A DNA stretch of 63,448 nucleotides, counting the filler, from Folioceros fuciformis (taxonomy: Eukaryota), in the NCBI GenBank assembly GCA_049999805.1. It is 5 parts of 5 records of this genome, joined end to end, with 100 filler letters (N's around TTAATTAATTAA, not from the genome) between each part and the next. Parts side by side here need not be neighbours in the genome. Positions count along the whole stretch, not along the records: positions 1 to 31,992 come from JBNGIO010006165.1; 4 more parts are not named here. One strand, written 5' to 3'. The translations under genes and the position numbers were made by a program. This document shows, one piece after another, positions 10,974 through 27,348 of this stretch (position 1 is its first letter; each line of letters begins with the position of its first letter). Under the pieces are notes generated by a model that was given only the letters and a program-made list of their open reading frames with translations, searched no databases and had not been told where the DNA came from.

Positions 10974-12990
10974 CAGTCCACCCTCCCTAATACATGTTAC
11001 CTGTTGGGAATAGGGCATTGGGTAACATTTAAGGAGGTGTAACAATTAGAGAATTTAAGTATTTATTAAACATAAATTATTTCAATTTATTAAAAATATT
11101 TAAAACATGGAATATATTATATATTGTTATTTATTTATTTTATATTTTATTAAATATATAATATAAGTATTTTATGTTTAATAATATTATAAATTTATAA
11201 TAAATAAAATGAAAAATGATCTTCAAAATGGCTTCAAAAAATGGGTTATTTCTACTTGTTTCAAACACGACCTAACTTGCTTTAAAACTTCTTTCTCAAT
11301 TTGTTTGTTGCAAATTCTTAATTGTAGACATCATGTCATTTGGTCGTTGCTCCAAAAACATGCGTATCATCTCAAGTGCATCTTCCACTTGAGCACGACC
11401 TAAAATAAGCCTTTCTTGATAATATTCTTTACAAGAATTTTCAACATCGACAACTTCATTTTCGGATGACGGTTGAATGGAAGCCCATATATCATCTGCA
11501 TCTGGAGTGGAAAAGATAGCACATGCATTTGTCACCTCATAATCAACAAATTCTTGTGCAGACATAGTAGGGGTCAATCTTGTTTCAAGTCCCAAATCCC
11601 TCAGCTGACAAAGAAGCATTTCTATTTCTACATAATCTCTATTGAACAAATCTTCACGTATTTCTTGGTTGTCTTGTTGTTGCTCATCATCAATGTTAGC
11701 ATTGCATGTCTCAAACTAAGTTGATTCAAGTCTATATCCGACACGCTAGCACTTGCTCTCTCCTGCCATAACCTAGAGTGTTTCCAACAATCATGGTAAT
11801 GATTTTCCCTTTAACATCGATATGCCAAGCTTTTTCCAACATAATCGCAGCATGATATACATCAATAAGAGAAGAATTACCATTTTGAATCTCTTGGATT
11901 TGATGCTGAACAAGCCTTTTCCTGTAATTTTTTTTTTTTTTTTTTTTTTTTTTTTCATCCATGGGTTGGTAACGAGTCGTAACATTAGGAGGAAAAAATT
12001 CAACCCGTGTAATTTGAAACCTACGTTATGTCTCAGCTGATAGTTTATGAATAGGAGCATTATCCAAAAGAAGCAAGACATTAGTACGGCCCCTAACTCT
12101 CATGTTCGTATCAAAAAAGAGAATAAATGGCTCAAATAAAGGCACCGACATCCAAGCATTTGAGTTTGCTGACCAATGAATACCCAAATTCTCCACTCGT
12201 CCAATGTTGCGACTAGTAAAAGCCTCGGGCCTCAAGAATTTGTTGATCACAAAGGGTGCTAATTTATAACTACCATCCATATTGGCTGTCAAAGCAACAA
12301 TTAGCCTTTCCCTTGGAGTTTTCTTCCCACTCAACCTCTTCGTTACCAATGTTTAGTTCAGTTCCAATCTATAAAATAACCCTGTTTTATCCATGTTAAA
12401 AATATCTTAAGGCTCGTATCCTCGCAAGATACTTTTAATGTCTTCCATTCTATCTTGGACCGCAAGATACTTTTAATGTCTTCCATTCTATCTTGGACCA
12501 CAAGATACTTTTAATGTCTTCCATTCTATCTTGGACCACCAGCGATGTATCAGCACTTGCAGCTTCTCATGCTTCACAAAACCTTTGATGTCATGTCGAT
12601 GTTTAAACTTTGCCACCCAACCATAAGAAAATGTTAATGGTTTTTCCAACCTTTACGCTTTTGGTAATCTATCAAAGAACGGTTTTCTCATTTCACACAA
12701 CATATCGTCAGAGATAGTAACATTTCCTTCCATCGTCACAAACCATGAAAATAAAGCCTCCTCAACCTTGGGATGAAATGTATCCTTACTCTGTTTAGAG
12801 TTAGCTTCATGATCTTTATGTTTTGGAAACTCATCTCCCTTCTTGAAAATTCAACCTATGGTCATAGCAGAAACTGGCATGCTGAATTAATCAGAAGCCC
12901 AAGCACTAACCTCTCAATTAGTAGCTCCACTATGAGCATCTTTGTATAATATTATTTCTTTCTTTTGCCCCATCGTCAAAGATCATTTTT
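10974..12990 (-). mobile_element. Decayed pogo/Tigger-like (Tc1/mariner superfamily) DNA transposon
   Basis: Fragments of a CENP-B-type HTH (FSYGWVAKFKHRH) and DDE_1 (NMDKTGLFY, RLIVALTANMDGS, NAWM, LLLLDNAPIH) with stops and frameshifts. TA|CAGT terminus at 10972-10977. Partner TIR not found. Confidence 0.8.
12423..12536. repeat. Tandem 3 x 38 bp inside the pogo-like transposase
   Basis: cgcaagatacttttaatgtcttccattctatcttggac repeated three times. Confidence 0.9.
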
Positions 12991-13724
12991 TCTTACTACT
13001 TGGTTCTCGCTGTATATTGAATTCACCCTAAGAAAAAGCAAAAGTTATAAAGATACAATTTAATAAGTGAGTACCTAAAATAATGAAATACAAAGTATCT
13101 CAAATCTAATATAAAAACATACCTCCAAATATATGATTTTAGAAGCCTTTTTTGTGATGATGTCCTAGCGCATTTAAAATTGACAGGTAGAATGTACCTG
13201 GATGGAGAACACATGTTAGATAAAAGCCTTCAACAATAAATACAAGAGTTACCAAAACCTATTACAATTTGAGTGTGGTAACATGCTCCTTCCCAAGCCA
13301 AATGAAAGCTTAAAAAAAACTGCCCAGTTAGATAGTTATAAGATTTCTCAGCTTAAGACCATCATAAAATAAGAAAAAATAATGAAAAATAATATATAAA
13401 ATACATAAAATAATAATTACTAATCCAAGTTAAAAAGAAAATGCAATTTTTTTTACTTTGTATACTCCTATATACATAAATACATATGTACTTACAGCAC
13501 TATACNNNNNNNNNNNNNNNNNNNNNNNNNNNNNNNNNNNNNNNNNNNNNNNNNNNNNNNNNNNNNNNNNNNNNNNNNNNNNNNNNNNNNNNNNNNNNNN
13601 NNNNNCTCCTATATACATAAATACATATGTACTTACAGCACTATACAGTGCCCGCTCCGTTCCCTCCACCGGATCTCATGCGCGACCGCCCTCCCTCTTG
13701 CTCTCTTGGTCCTCTTTCTCTTGC

Positions 13725-13975
13725 TTTCTCCCTCTTGCTTCTTGTTCTCTCCTTCCACTCTTGCTTCCTCTTGCTCCTCGCTCTCTCCTTCCACCCTTGC
13801 TTCCTCTTGCTCTTTGCTCTCTCCTTCCATTCTTGCGTCCTCTTTGCTCTCTCCTTCCATTCTTGCGTCCTCTTGCTCTTTGCTCTCTCCTTCCACCCTT
13901 GCTTCCTCTTGCTCCTTGCTCTCTCCTTCCACCCTTGCTTCCTCTTGCTCCTTGCTCTCTCCTTCCACCCTTGCT
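13725..13975. repeat. Pyrimidine-rich minisatellite, ~36-bp unit
   Basis: Unit ctctccttccacccttgcttcctcttgctccttgct in about 6-7 copies. It produces spurious ORFs in all frames. Confidence 0.85.
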
Positions 13976-14303
13976 TTGGGCCCTTACTCCCTCCTCCATT
14001 TCTTTCACCCACAAGAACGAATCCCTCTTACGTACATCAAAGCTATGATCACATGTAATATAGCACTCACGTAAAATATTGCTGGGAGGGAGATACGTCC
14101 AAGAAACCCTTGCAATCGCGTAAATGGGTCAGGTCCCCCGGACATGCCTACATCAGAAATTTATGCCTAAATTTCTAATATGAACATATTGTATGTACCT
14201 ATTGTGGCTCCATCGAACAGCAATAGAAATGCGAATACGTGTTGGGTGCTCACAGTAGTTTCAGGGTGTCAGTGTTGCCAGGAGGGTGTTGGTGCAGGCG
14301 GCC

Positions 14304-16800
<2,497 letters not shown>

Positions 16801-16963
16801 GGCATCTCTCGGACGGGCCCAATAATATCTAGCTCAGCGTTTTTTTGTTTTGTGCCTGTTATTCCCTCAAGGGGATTTTTGTATCAATATGCATGTTCCT
16901 TAATCAACCCATGAAAAGTTTTCCTATCGAATCAAGTGGTTCTGGGACGTTTTGAGGTGTGTC

Positions 16964-17329
16964 ATGTCTCCAGCAGGTCTTGGCGTAAACAAACTATTGG
17001 GAAAACAAAGCACATTAAAACCTCAACTGGCCGCGAGCAAACATACAATTTTCTACTATAAAATGGTACCCACAAGGGGAACAGAAAAAATGGATAACGC
17101 CTTCGGGCTTTACAACGTGCGAACACTAGATTCTTAGTAGAGAAATGGACCTCTTCTTTTTTACTCCCTTTGCAGCTAAGTGACCACCCGAAGGAGTTAT
17201 TCATTTTTTTTTTCCAATTGTGGGTACCATTTTATAGTAATAAATTGTATGTTTACTGGTGGCCAGTTTAGGATTTAGGATTCTTTGTTTTCCCAATAGT
17301 TTGTTTATGCCAAAACCTGTTGGAGATAT
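16964..17329. mobile_element. Foldback/MITE-like element: imperfect ~110-bp inverted repeats around a ~140-bp spacer
   Basis: 16964-17075 is the reverse-complement homologue of 17218-17329, e.g. ataaaatggtacccacaa / ttgtgggtaccattttat. Confidence 0.7.
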
Positions 17330-18899
17330 CCACATGTCCATGTTCCTCTCTCCATTTTCTCTACTCGCACAACCTAACACCCTTACGGCCATGCTAGTAA
17401 CATGATTCTTGTTGCTTATACACCTACGCTCTTTTTGGCCATGCTAGTAGACCTATTCTTTCTGCTCAAACAACTAGGCTATTGTTTTAAAAGCAAACCC
17501 ACTATGGTGATCATGGATTAGACCACTTGTTTAACATTCCCAAATTAATTAAATTGCCTAGCTACAACTACTTACAAACCTATGTAAAATTCTAGAACAG
17601 TTCATGATACTCTTTCCTACCAAATGAGCCCATATTTACAACTTTGTTCAACCTTACCTATATAGCTATGAGAGCAAACCTTCCACCCTACTTACTCATT
17701 CACTATCTACTCACTTTTGTATTTATTTACTTATTCACTCAATTGTCTATGTATTCACTTATTTATTAATTTTCATATTCAAATCAAGGCACTTAACCAG
17801 TAGCACTCGCAATTATTAATGTAAGTAACTTTTTCCAAAAGCTGCTATATGATCCATGGAGTAAAAAGTCATAATCAATCTATTTGCTCTACCCGAATTC
17901 TTTCCAAAAGTCATAATCAATGTGTTCTCTTTGCCATGACTCTTTCCAAGATAGAAGGCTTAAATAACAACCACATCAACCTTTAAACTATTGAAAAACT
18001 CCTTGTAGCGAAATATGGTGCAAAAATATCATAAAAAGATTAACATTCTTAAGCTCAAAGGACAATGAGGTAAGCACGACTTATTGTTTCATAAACAACT
18101 TTCTATATTCTATTGCCACAAAAACAAGAATGAGAAAGCAGATCATAAACCTCCAACTTTTGATATTGTATTGCCACCAGACAAAGAAACAGCAAGGGGT
18201 GAGGATCATAAATCTCCAACAGATTTTAACTAGTAAGCTTCTTCAAAAATATGGAATACATGTCACATGCACCCAAAAAGTGGTGAAAGGCTGAGAGGAG
18301 CTTATATTCATGAAATGCCAATACTATTTACTGTAGTGAAGGTCAAGGGGTAGGTGCAAGTGCCATGCTGCTTTCTCCAAGTTCATTTAGCCTTGTTCTT
18401 CAACTGGATTTTGCTAAGTTCTTAGCATAGCTTAACTGCCTTGCTATATAATGAATACATGAGCACTATCGTTCATAAGAGTAGCAGCAATGCAAGTAAT
18501 CACCCAAAAAACAAATACGGCCCCCACTACCAGTACTGGCATCTTCCTTGACTATACTTCTATATAGGTTTATTCCATTTTGCATGCCACATACGTGGTA
18601 GCTTACTTTCACAATGCACTAGCAATGTGTAATGTTCTTATTTTCCATAAGCATCCTGATTCCTTTCGACAGTCTTTAATCGTACAAAGGTAATACTCGC
18701 AAAGGTTTTTTATTCTCAAGGGTTGCGAAAAGCAATGAGGTTGTCACCACAAAACATTATTTCAATTTTTGGTCTTTCCTTTCCTTCAAAGATGAGTGTC
18801 GACTTTTTGCTTTGTGCACTTAATGTGGTAGTATTGGTACTTGAAGACATTCTGGCTTATTGTTGTTACCGGGCTTCTTCCCACCTTGAAGAGAGGTGT

Positions 18900-20672
18900 T
18901 GTTTCCATAATTGGAGGACTGGCCCCTGCCACGTTCAAAGCCTCCTCATCCTCTACTTCTGCCTCGTCCACGTCCTCGTCCCGACTCGTCCCGAGAACAA
19001 AGCAGTATCCGTCTGTCTATGGGAAGATCTTGCTCCACTAAACCCTGATTTATGCATGTGCTTTCTGTTAGCCTCTGTCTGTAGCAAAGCTCCAACTAAC
19101 CTTTGCACTGTCATGTTTGTTGTACCAAGTGTACTGGCAGTTGCTGGTACAACTATTGCTGCAGCCTGTTGGCTAGAGCTCCACTGTTCATAACTCGGTG
19201 GTAATGATGCCAGTAACTGGATGGCTGCCTTGGACTCAGAAATTATAACACCACACGAAGCAAGCTTAGCTCTTGCAGCTCGAAACCTGGCAACATGAGC
19301 TTCAACAGAATCAGTCTCTCTCATACGCAAGTTTTGAAAGTTAAGTGTTGCTGCAACCTTCGTCAATACATCCTTAGCTTCGTAGGTGTTTGAAAATAAT
19401 GACCACACTTCATGTGCATGTTTTGTTAGTTTGATGTGTGGAATCATTTCATGTGACACAGAAGAGACTAAAATTGTCTTGGCTTTTCTGTCTTTATGAT
19501 TCCAATCAAATTCCTCTTTAATTGTCCAAGGTATAGAGCTGCCTCCAGGAGACACCCTGCCAGAGAGCTGTCCTGCAACTTGTTGGGGAACACTTCCATC
19601 TGTCACGTCCATCAAGAGCTTCTCCTCCAAAATTGTCCTAACTCTAAAACTCCAGGCATCAAAATTCGCAGAGGTAAGTTGGTCTTTCTCTTATAGCCGA
19701 TCCATAGATGAATCAGCCGCTTCCGCTGCCATGATGCCTGCACTGAGCTAGGTAACTAGGAAGATTGTACACTCAAGGTAGCAACCTACTCCTTGATGCA
19801 TATGGTATCCTTGAATTGTTTCTTTACCTCTAACTCTATTTCTGTTAATGACGAAGAATCTAACCCCTTTTTATTCTCTAAACAATCCATACGGGATGAG
19901 AAACTGTCTAATCTTCTAGAGAATTCAAGAATAGAAGACTTGATGATCAAGAGGGAATTGAAGATTGCGCCAGTATTTTCGAAATCTTGAGGTAAGTGTT
20001 GAGGAGAAAGTTTTATAGATTCAGGAATACCACTTGATGAACAACTAAATTTCTCTAATCTATCTGATTTGTTGTCAGATGTGAGGGGATCAAGGCCAAG
20101 AGGATCTAGATTGTAGGATTCAATAAAAGATTTCAAGAACCGGATGTGCTCTTGCTATTTAGTTCGAGTAACTGTTTTCTTGAAATACAAATGCTCGAAT
20201 TCCACTTGGAAATTCAGCAGATCGCGAGGATCTGACACCCTTAACCTGCCAAATTTGGCAGAGTCAGTCCAGACGTCCCTGTAGCCTGATTTACGAGGCA
20301 TTGTGCCTGCTACACATTAGAGCTCACATTGAGTGCTTAGACAATAAAGAAAAACATTTTGAATTCTCTTTTTCAAATTATCTTTCTACAACAATTTTTT
20401 CCAGGATGGACTAGAGCTTGGGCTCTGATATCATGTTGATATTTGTGATCAACTCGCACACGACCTTAGGCGCATTTGACCACAAAGCATGTAAACTTGC
20501 ATTAAGGAAAAAATGAAAGCAAATAAAGTATATAGTCTAAGAACCTGAAACGGTATGTAATTGTCACTAACCCTAAGTGGTAGCAATGTATACTTAGGTC
20601 TAAATAATTCCTTTAACAAATCCGCTCATTGAAAATGTTGTATCACGCACACTGACATGGTTGCCATCAACA
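18900..20672 (-). mobile_element. Truncated Ty1/Copia element: 5' LTR, PBS and gag
   Basis: LTR 20434-20672 (TGTTGAT...ATCAACA). Mutated Met-tRNA PBS gctctgatatca at 20422-20433. UBN2-type gag at ~18953-19730 (NFDAWSFRVRTILEEK, KDRKAKTIL, LLASLPPSY). Confidence 0.85.
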
Positions 20673-21580
20673 TGCTTCGACTGGCGGATTATTTGACAAA
20701 GGATGCTCAAATACGCCATGTCAACGAGTCGTGGGGGAAGCACTTATTGCGCGAGATCAAGAAGGGGCTTGTACAAGAAGGTGTTTTGCCCCTACTGTGT
20801 ATGATAGATCCAAAGGAGTGCCCGACAGTATCTGACTTTGATCGAGAGAAATTGAAAGAATAGAAGTATATTAGGGGTGTCCTTGGAGGTAACCACAACT
20901 TCTATGCGTTCCAATGCAAGGAACCCAGATAACTCACACTACTAGTATATGGAGGCTCGCATCTATGCAGGGCTCATTCAAAAGGAAATGCGATGTCTCG
21001 CGACTAACCACAATGTAAAGGCAAACTTTCGCAAGAAAATGTCATTCATCGAGTAAGTTCGGTACATCCATGATAAGCTGAAGATCACAAGCGAGCAAGG
21101 AGTGCCAATAACAATGACATGGAAGTATCACTTATACAAAATGTTGGGGGTCATAGGGATGCAAGTGATAAAGATGAGAAGCAACGGCTGGTCGACCAAA
21201 AGACAGTTGTACTCTATATTGCAAGTGTGCCACCCCATGTATGGGAAAGGGTCAATGAGGTTTTCTGCTTGTAGGAAAGAGGGGAACTTCCCGAACAAGG
21301 AAATAGAAAGAAGGCTAGCAAACGAGGCAAGTCCAGGAGAATAAATGCAGATGCCGAGCCGTCGATCCGCAACCCTAATCACATCATAAAACCTATGCAT
21401 GCGACTGCATGGAAAGTTTTCCAGGGCATGCCACCCGAAGAAGCAAGGGATCGTATCATGATGTCGGCTTTGAAGAAAGTCGTCCAAGGTGAACTCACGG
21501 TCAGCAGGATGAAGACTTGGATAATAAAAGCGACGAAGTTAAATATTATTCAAACCGTTTTTTGTTCTGGGTTATGATGC
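20673..21580 (+). pseudogene. Degenerate ORF with ParB/Srx-like motifs
   Basis: Fragments QIRHVNESW, VLGGNH, ARIYAGL-x5-CLATNHN and MSFIE, broken by stops and frameshifts. Confidence 0.4.
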
Positions 21581-21905
21581 ACATTATTTGCAGAAGTGGA
21601 GGAAGAGTACCCCAAGCACATGTGAAGACAAGATGGGGAGCGCGGTGGAGAGACTGTTAGCAATGTGACGGCCTCATGGAAGCAGTGAGCCCCCCACGGG
21701 GGGGCTCGATAGTCTGCACATGGGTCGAAGAGGCCGGAATGTGTTCTGACGTGCAGAGTAGTAGGAAGCCTAACAAGGGAATACAAGCATATAACCCTGA
21801 TGAGCTTAGGTAGAAGAAACCAATGCATGAGATGGAGGCTCAAGTACGGAATCTCGGGAAAGGTACAGCCCGTGAGAGGTCAGATGTGGGCGTAAGTACC
21901 GATTT

Positions 21906-22412
21906 GTGGGCATAAGTACCGATTCGGCTTCAAACGCGTTGAAAGGAGGAACCAGCATCCAACTCGGCCCCTTGGCCGACCTCTTGACTGAAGAACGGTA
22001 CTTTCAACAAGAGGAATCTAGGTTGTTCGATTGTTCGGTGGTGGGGAGGCTTTCTGCCGGTGGGCCGCCTTTGGTAAGCAAGTTGGAAGAGTGGGTAACC
22101 CAGGTCTCAGGATGTCCTCCAGCTTACGTTTTCCTGAAAGAAGATGGCTCTTTTCAGGTTAAGTGCGACGAAGCAGCTGGTGCTCTTGCTCTCCTGCAGA
22201 CTACGCTGCCCTTCAAAGGCTCAACCCAGGTGATGGTGGAGGCATGGTCCCCAGGAAGCACACACTTCATCTGGGTGCGGCTACCCACCCTACCGGTTCA
22301 GCTCATTCCATTGATTGACAGGATTTTGGAAACGATTGGTAAGGTGGTGGAGATTCCACCGGTGGACTCCGTTTTTTTACAGAATCAAGCCTCCCCGTTT
22401 CGGTGTAAGGGT
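21906..22412 (+). mobile_element. L1-type LINE ORF1 (DUF4283-like), 5' part, interrupted by a Copia insertion
   Basis: SVVGRL, VEAWSP and IWVRLPTLP...ILETIGKVVEI are typical of plant L1 ORF1. Confidence 0.75.
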
Positions 22413-25400
22413 TATTTAAATTGAAGATGGATGTATACTTTTTTGAGTGTCGGGATAGTTACAATGTTGAGCGTTCATGTGTGTCCTTAATCTGTGCATG
22501 GTACTACGTGAAGAGGTATGTCTGTTGGTTGATGCCTCTTGGATGAAGAGCTGCTGGTGACGGGTCTTGGACTGTCACTCCATTACTCCCGCTCAGCTCT
22601 AGCATCCAGACTTGTAAGAGATGAAGAATCAGATGAGGTTCTGAGGTCCGCGAGGCCTAAGGCTGAAGTGAGTACTTCATGCTTGGCTTTGCCTAGCAAC
22701 TTAGTGAGGAGGTCGGCTAAGTTGGACTCTGTAGGAACGTATAGAAGCTTGACAATACCTCTCGCTACAAGCTGCCTCACAAAGTGATAAGCCACTTCTA
22801 TGTGCTTTGTTCTAGCGTGAAATCTGTCACCCTTGGTTAAAGCAATAGCTGCAGTGCTGTCACAGTGTAGAACAGTGGGGTCAGCTTGTGGGTAGCCAAG
22901 ATCTTCAAGGATCTGCCTGCAGTGTACAATTTCTTTTCCGGCCTTGGATAGGGCTCCATATTCGCTTTCAGCACTAGATGTAGAAATCGTGGCAAGCTTC
23001 TTGCTTGACCATGTTACAGCTGATCCTCCCAGTGTGAAAACATAGGCTGCAACACTTCGACGAGCATCAGGGTTTGATGCCCAGTCGGCATCAGACCAGC
23101 CCTCAAAGTTAAGCACTCCGTTACTTGACCTCTTGTAGGTGATTCCACGGTGAGTTGTGCCCTTCGAATAACGATAGATTCTCTTCACGCACATCCAATG
23201 TGCTCTGCCAGGATTAGAGATGAACTGTGCTACACTAGAGGTAGCATAGGAAATGTCATATCGTGTCCAACCATGCAAGTAGATAAGACTGCCAACAGCG
23301 CTAAGGTAAGGGACCTTGGCCATGTCCTCCTTTTCTACCTCAGTTGTGGGGCAGTCAGCTGAGGTGAGTTTGATTCCAGCTGAAAGTGGTGTTGGGGCAG
23401 GCCGGGCATCTGAGAGCTTGAACCTATCTAGAATTTCAAGTACATACTTTGACTGAAGCAAGGATAGAGTGCCTGCCTTTCTATCTCGGCGGATTTGTAC
23501 ACCGAGACAATACTCCAGGGGCCCTATGTCCCTCATCTTAAACTTGGCAGCAAGCATCTCCTTTACATCTACAAGCAGCTTTCCAGGGTCATTGGTAAAC
23601 ATGATGCAGTCGTCGACATACAGGGCCAACGCCAGGAATTTATCTCCTCTTCGTAGTAAGTATAAGTTCTGGTCTGCTAAGGTCTTGACGAAGCCAAATC
23701 AAGTAAGGTAGCCGTCAATCAGCATGTAGAATTCAGCTGGTGATTGCTTGAGGCCGTACAGGCCCTTGAGGAGCTTGCAGACCCAGGTAGGTCTCTTGGG
23801 GTCAACATACATCGGTGGTTGCTCCATGTAAATCTCCTCCTTTAGTGTGGCATAGAGGAAGGCTGTCGAAATGTCCAGTTGATGTACATCAAGGTCGTGC
23901 TCAGCCGCAATTGCCAGAAGGAATTTGACAGATTGAGCAGCCACCACAGGTGCATAAATGTTATCTCCGTAGTCAAGGCCAGGCCTTTGACTGTAGCCCT
24001 TGACCACCAGCCTTGCCTTGAGTCTTTCTGTTGTTCCATCGGATTTTAGCTTTCGTTTGAAGGTCAATTTGCATTTAATGGCCTTGCGACCGGGAGGGAG
24101 TGGGGTGAGCACCCATGTCTTTAGTTCGATGAGTGAATCGTACTCCTGTTGGATTGCCTTGATCCACCCTTCCTTGTCAGGGGATTTGAGTGCTTCTTCC
24201 AGGCTTGCGGGCTCTTGCACATGAGTGGCAGCCAGCATAGCCCTTGCCATGAGATTGTTTGGGGCCTCATGCTCTGTCGCTGCAGACATGGTTTCCATTT
24301 CAGAAGCATCAGGAGCGGCTTCTACAATGTTAGGCTGTTGAGGAACAGTTGGCTGCTGTGGAGCATCTCCAGGGACATGATAGGTATCCAGATAAGCAGG
24401 TCGCCTACGAACTCTGGTAGATTGACGTCTCTCTGAAATGATGGTCGCAGCGGAAGGAGGTTGTGCTGCAGTTGAGTTAGAAGAGTGAGCGTCCTGAACA
24501 CCTCCAACATCCTGGTCTCCGCCAGCATCCTGATCTCCTCCAGCATGGACGACCGGAGAGAGCAATGGATCTGCCTGAGCAGGGGGTTGACCATGGGGTT
24601 GGTGCACGGAGCGTTTTTCAGGGATCTCAATCTCAGCGTTGTCCTCCTCCACATGGCGAGAGGAGGAGTCAAGGTCGGGGTAAGAGCCAATGAGACTCCC
24701 GCTGTCTCCTGTAAGACTAGAAGAGGAATCCAGGTGTTCACGCACATAAACGCTCTGAGAGATTGTAACCTGATGGGAGTTTGGGTGAATGAGCTTGTAG
24801 CCTTTGACCCCGTCCATATATCCAACAAATATGAGCTTCTGTGCTCGAGGATCGAATTTACTAGTCTTGGAATCAAGAGCATGGCGCTTCTCCTTGGGTA
24901 TCCAAGAGTAAGCTTCAGACCCGAACACACGAAGGTGGGTCAAGGAGGGCTTGATGCCACTCTAGACCTCAAAGGGTGTCATGTCCGGGAGTGCAGATGT
25001 GGGCAGACGATTCACTAAGTGTGTGGCAGTGGAAACTGCCTCAGCCCAGTAACCACGTGACAGATGTGAATGAGCCAACATGGCCCTGGCCATCTCCTGC
25101 AAATGCCGATTACAATTCTCCGCAACACCGTGTTGTGCGTGGGCATAGGGAACAGTCACCTGTCGAGTTATTCCTCGGTCAGAGAGGTAGGAGGTGAACT
25201 CAGCAGACATGAACTCACCTCCGCCATCCGAGCGCACACATTTAAGCTTGCAGCTAGTCTGACGTTCTGCCATCGCATGGCATTCCCGAAACTTAGCGAA
25301 AGCCTCACTCTTGAGACGCAGAAAATAGGTGTGAACCATACGGGATTTGTCATCGACCACGGGCATAAAGTAAGATGCTCCTCCAAACGAGTGAGTTGAC

Positions 25401-27348
25401 ATAGGCCCGCAGAGATCGATGTGTACCAGCTGAAGTAGCTCAGTTGCACGGTGAGTGGAGGCACGAGGGTATGGTGTCTCTTTACTTTTACCGAGCAGAC
25501 AGCCCTCACAGAAGAGCGAGTCACTGAACTCAAGTAGAGGCTCTGCATATAGCTGACCTGCCTGCATCTCCTTCATACGCTTCAGATTGGGATGTCCCAA
25601 GCGTAGATGCCATAGCTTTGTCTCTTCTGATTTATTTGAAGTCTGAGCCAAGAGGGTTGATCCAAGGGTAGCAGTCGCTTCAAGAGTGTAGAGCCGATCC
25701 TCCTTTTCTCCGTGGCAAATAACCGCAAGGGGATTTTCATACAAGGAAATCTCACACTTCTGGGCCTTGAAGTGTACCTCATGTTTCTTGTCGTCTATCA
25801 GGCTACTCACTGAGACAAGGTTCTTTGCTACCTTAGGTACGTGAAGCGCGTCTGTCAGGGTTATAGTGCCACCAGTCTTGCACGTTAGGGTAACCGTGCC
25901 AGTGCCACAAACATTTGCAGCCCGGTTGTCTGCAACATAAATCAGCCCTCCCTCCTGCAGTGGTTTGTAGGTGGAGAAGCAGCTGCGTTCCTTACAGATG
26001 TGAGCGGAAGCTCCGCTGTCTAAGTACCATGAGGAGCAACTGTCACTGCCGGGTGTGAGAGCAGTGATGAGGATTGTTGGCACTCGCTGCACAACGTTAG
26101 CACTTTGGGGACCAGGCTTTCTTGGTTCGCCCGCTTGTTTACTTCGGCACTCTCGCTCATAGTGCCCTAGTTTTCTGCACCAGTTGCAGCTCCCTTTTCG
26201 ACGAGGATTGGCAGGGCCTGAAGAAGACGAACTCTCTCCTCCCTTCCTGCTTAGCCAGTTTCTATTTCTTGGTTGTCTTTGCCCGTTTGGCCCTGAGATG
26301 AACAAGGCATGTCCTGGGGCAACGCTTCTTGAGGATCCCCTGGTAGAGTCTTCCTCTATGACAGCCGCTATGACCTGTGAGAGGGTCATCTCGTCTCCAA
26401 GTTTTAATTTCTTCGCGAGTTGTGATTGTTTGATAAGGCTCTTTTGTGTGGCTGTGAAGGTACGCCAGCTTTGTGGTAGTGTCATGAGGAGGGCTATGGC
26501 CGCCTCAGGCTCTGAGAGAGTTGTACCACAAGAGGCCAGTCTTGCTCTTAGGGTTCGGAAAGTGCTTAGATGTGAGTGGATGCTCTCCCCGTCCTTATAT
26601 TTAAGGAGGTGAAAGTTCCTTGTCGTTGTGGCTACGTGCTGTGGATCAGTTGCTTCATACATCTGGCGAAAGCGCTCCCAGATGTTGTGGGACGTAGGTG
26701 CACCAAAGGTATGATGCACCATGTCCTTATCCAGTCCTGCAATTAAGAGGTTTCTGGCTTTCCTGTCTAATTTGTTCCAGTGATCAAGATGTGGACCTGC
26801 GGAATTAGGGCAAGGGAGCGATCCGTCGACTATTGTCCACAAATCGGCATCTTCCAAGTGCCCTCTCATTCTCGTAGACCACACATCGTAATCGGTACCA
26901 GTGAATCTATCTTTTTCCTTGATTTCGATGCGGAAGCTGGTGAGGTATATAGGGTTAGGTTGAGCGGCTCCTCCACTTGCTCCTGTCACGGTCCCTCCAC
27001 CGGCTACTCCGCCGGCTCCTGACATGATGTCAGCATTTGTTGTAAGTCTCAGGCTTCACCGCGCTGTTGGTTGCGAGTATTCCCCTGTTCTGAGCCTTGG
27101 CTTTTAGCCACCAGGAACTTCAAGCGCACCAGTGTCACACGGTAGGCCTTTCATCATGGCATGGCTCTGATACCATATTTAAATTAAAGATGGATATATA
27201 CTTTTTTGAGTGTCGGGATAGTTACAATGTTGAGCGTTCATGTGTGTCCTTAATCTGTGCATGGTACTACGTGAAGAGGTATGTCTGTTGGTTGATGCCT
27301 CTTGGATGAAGAGCTGCTGGTGACGGGTCTTGGACTGTCACTCCATTA
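22413..27348 (-). mobile_element. Full-length Ty1/Copia LTR retrotransposon (4936 bp) with TA...TA LTR termini
   Basis: 173-bp LTRs at 22413-22585 and 27176-27348 (2 mismatches). TSD AGGGT at 22408-22412 and 27349-27353. PBS TGGTATCAGAGC at 27164-27175. Purine-rich PPT next to the 3' LTR. Confidence 0.96.
22583..27025 (-). pseudogene. Copia gag-pol polyprotein in one frame with two premature stops
   Basis: gag, CCHC knuckle (CNWCRKLGHYEREC), protease WYLDSGAS, GAG-pre-integrase, integrase (HIDLCGP, SDGGGEF), RT (LYVDD) and RNase H (SDADWA). Stops: TAG at 24962-24964 and TGA at 23699-23701. Confidence 0.93.

Noticed and set aside
13465-13647. Direct repeats flanking N gaps (also ~32765-32815 and 59520-59625)
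   Set aside because: Typical unmerged contig overlaps from scaffolding.
13430-14074. Several overlapping ORFs such as EEARVEGESKEQ repeats
   Set aside because: They arise from a 36-bp minisatellite open in all frames and from read-through of Ns.
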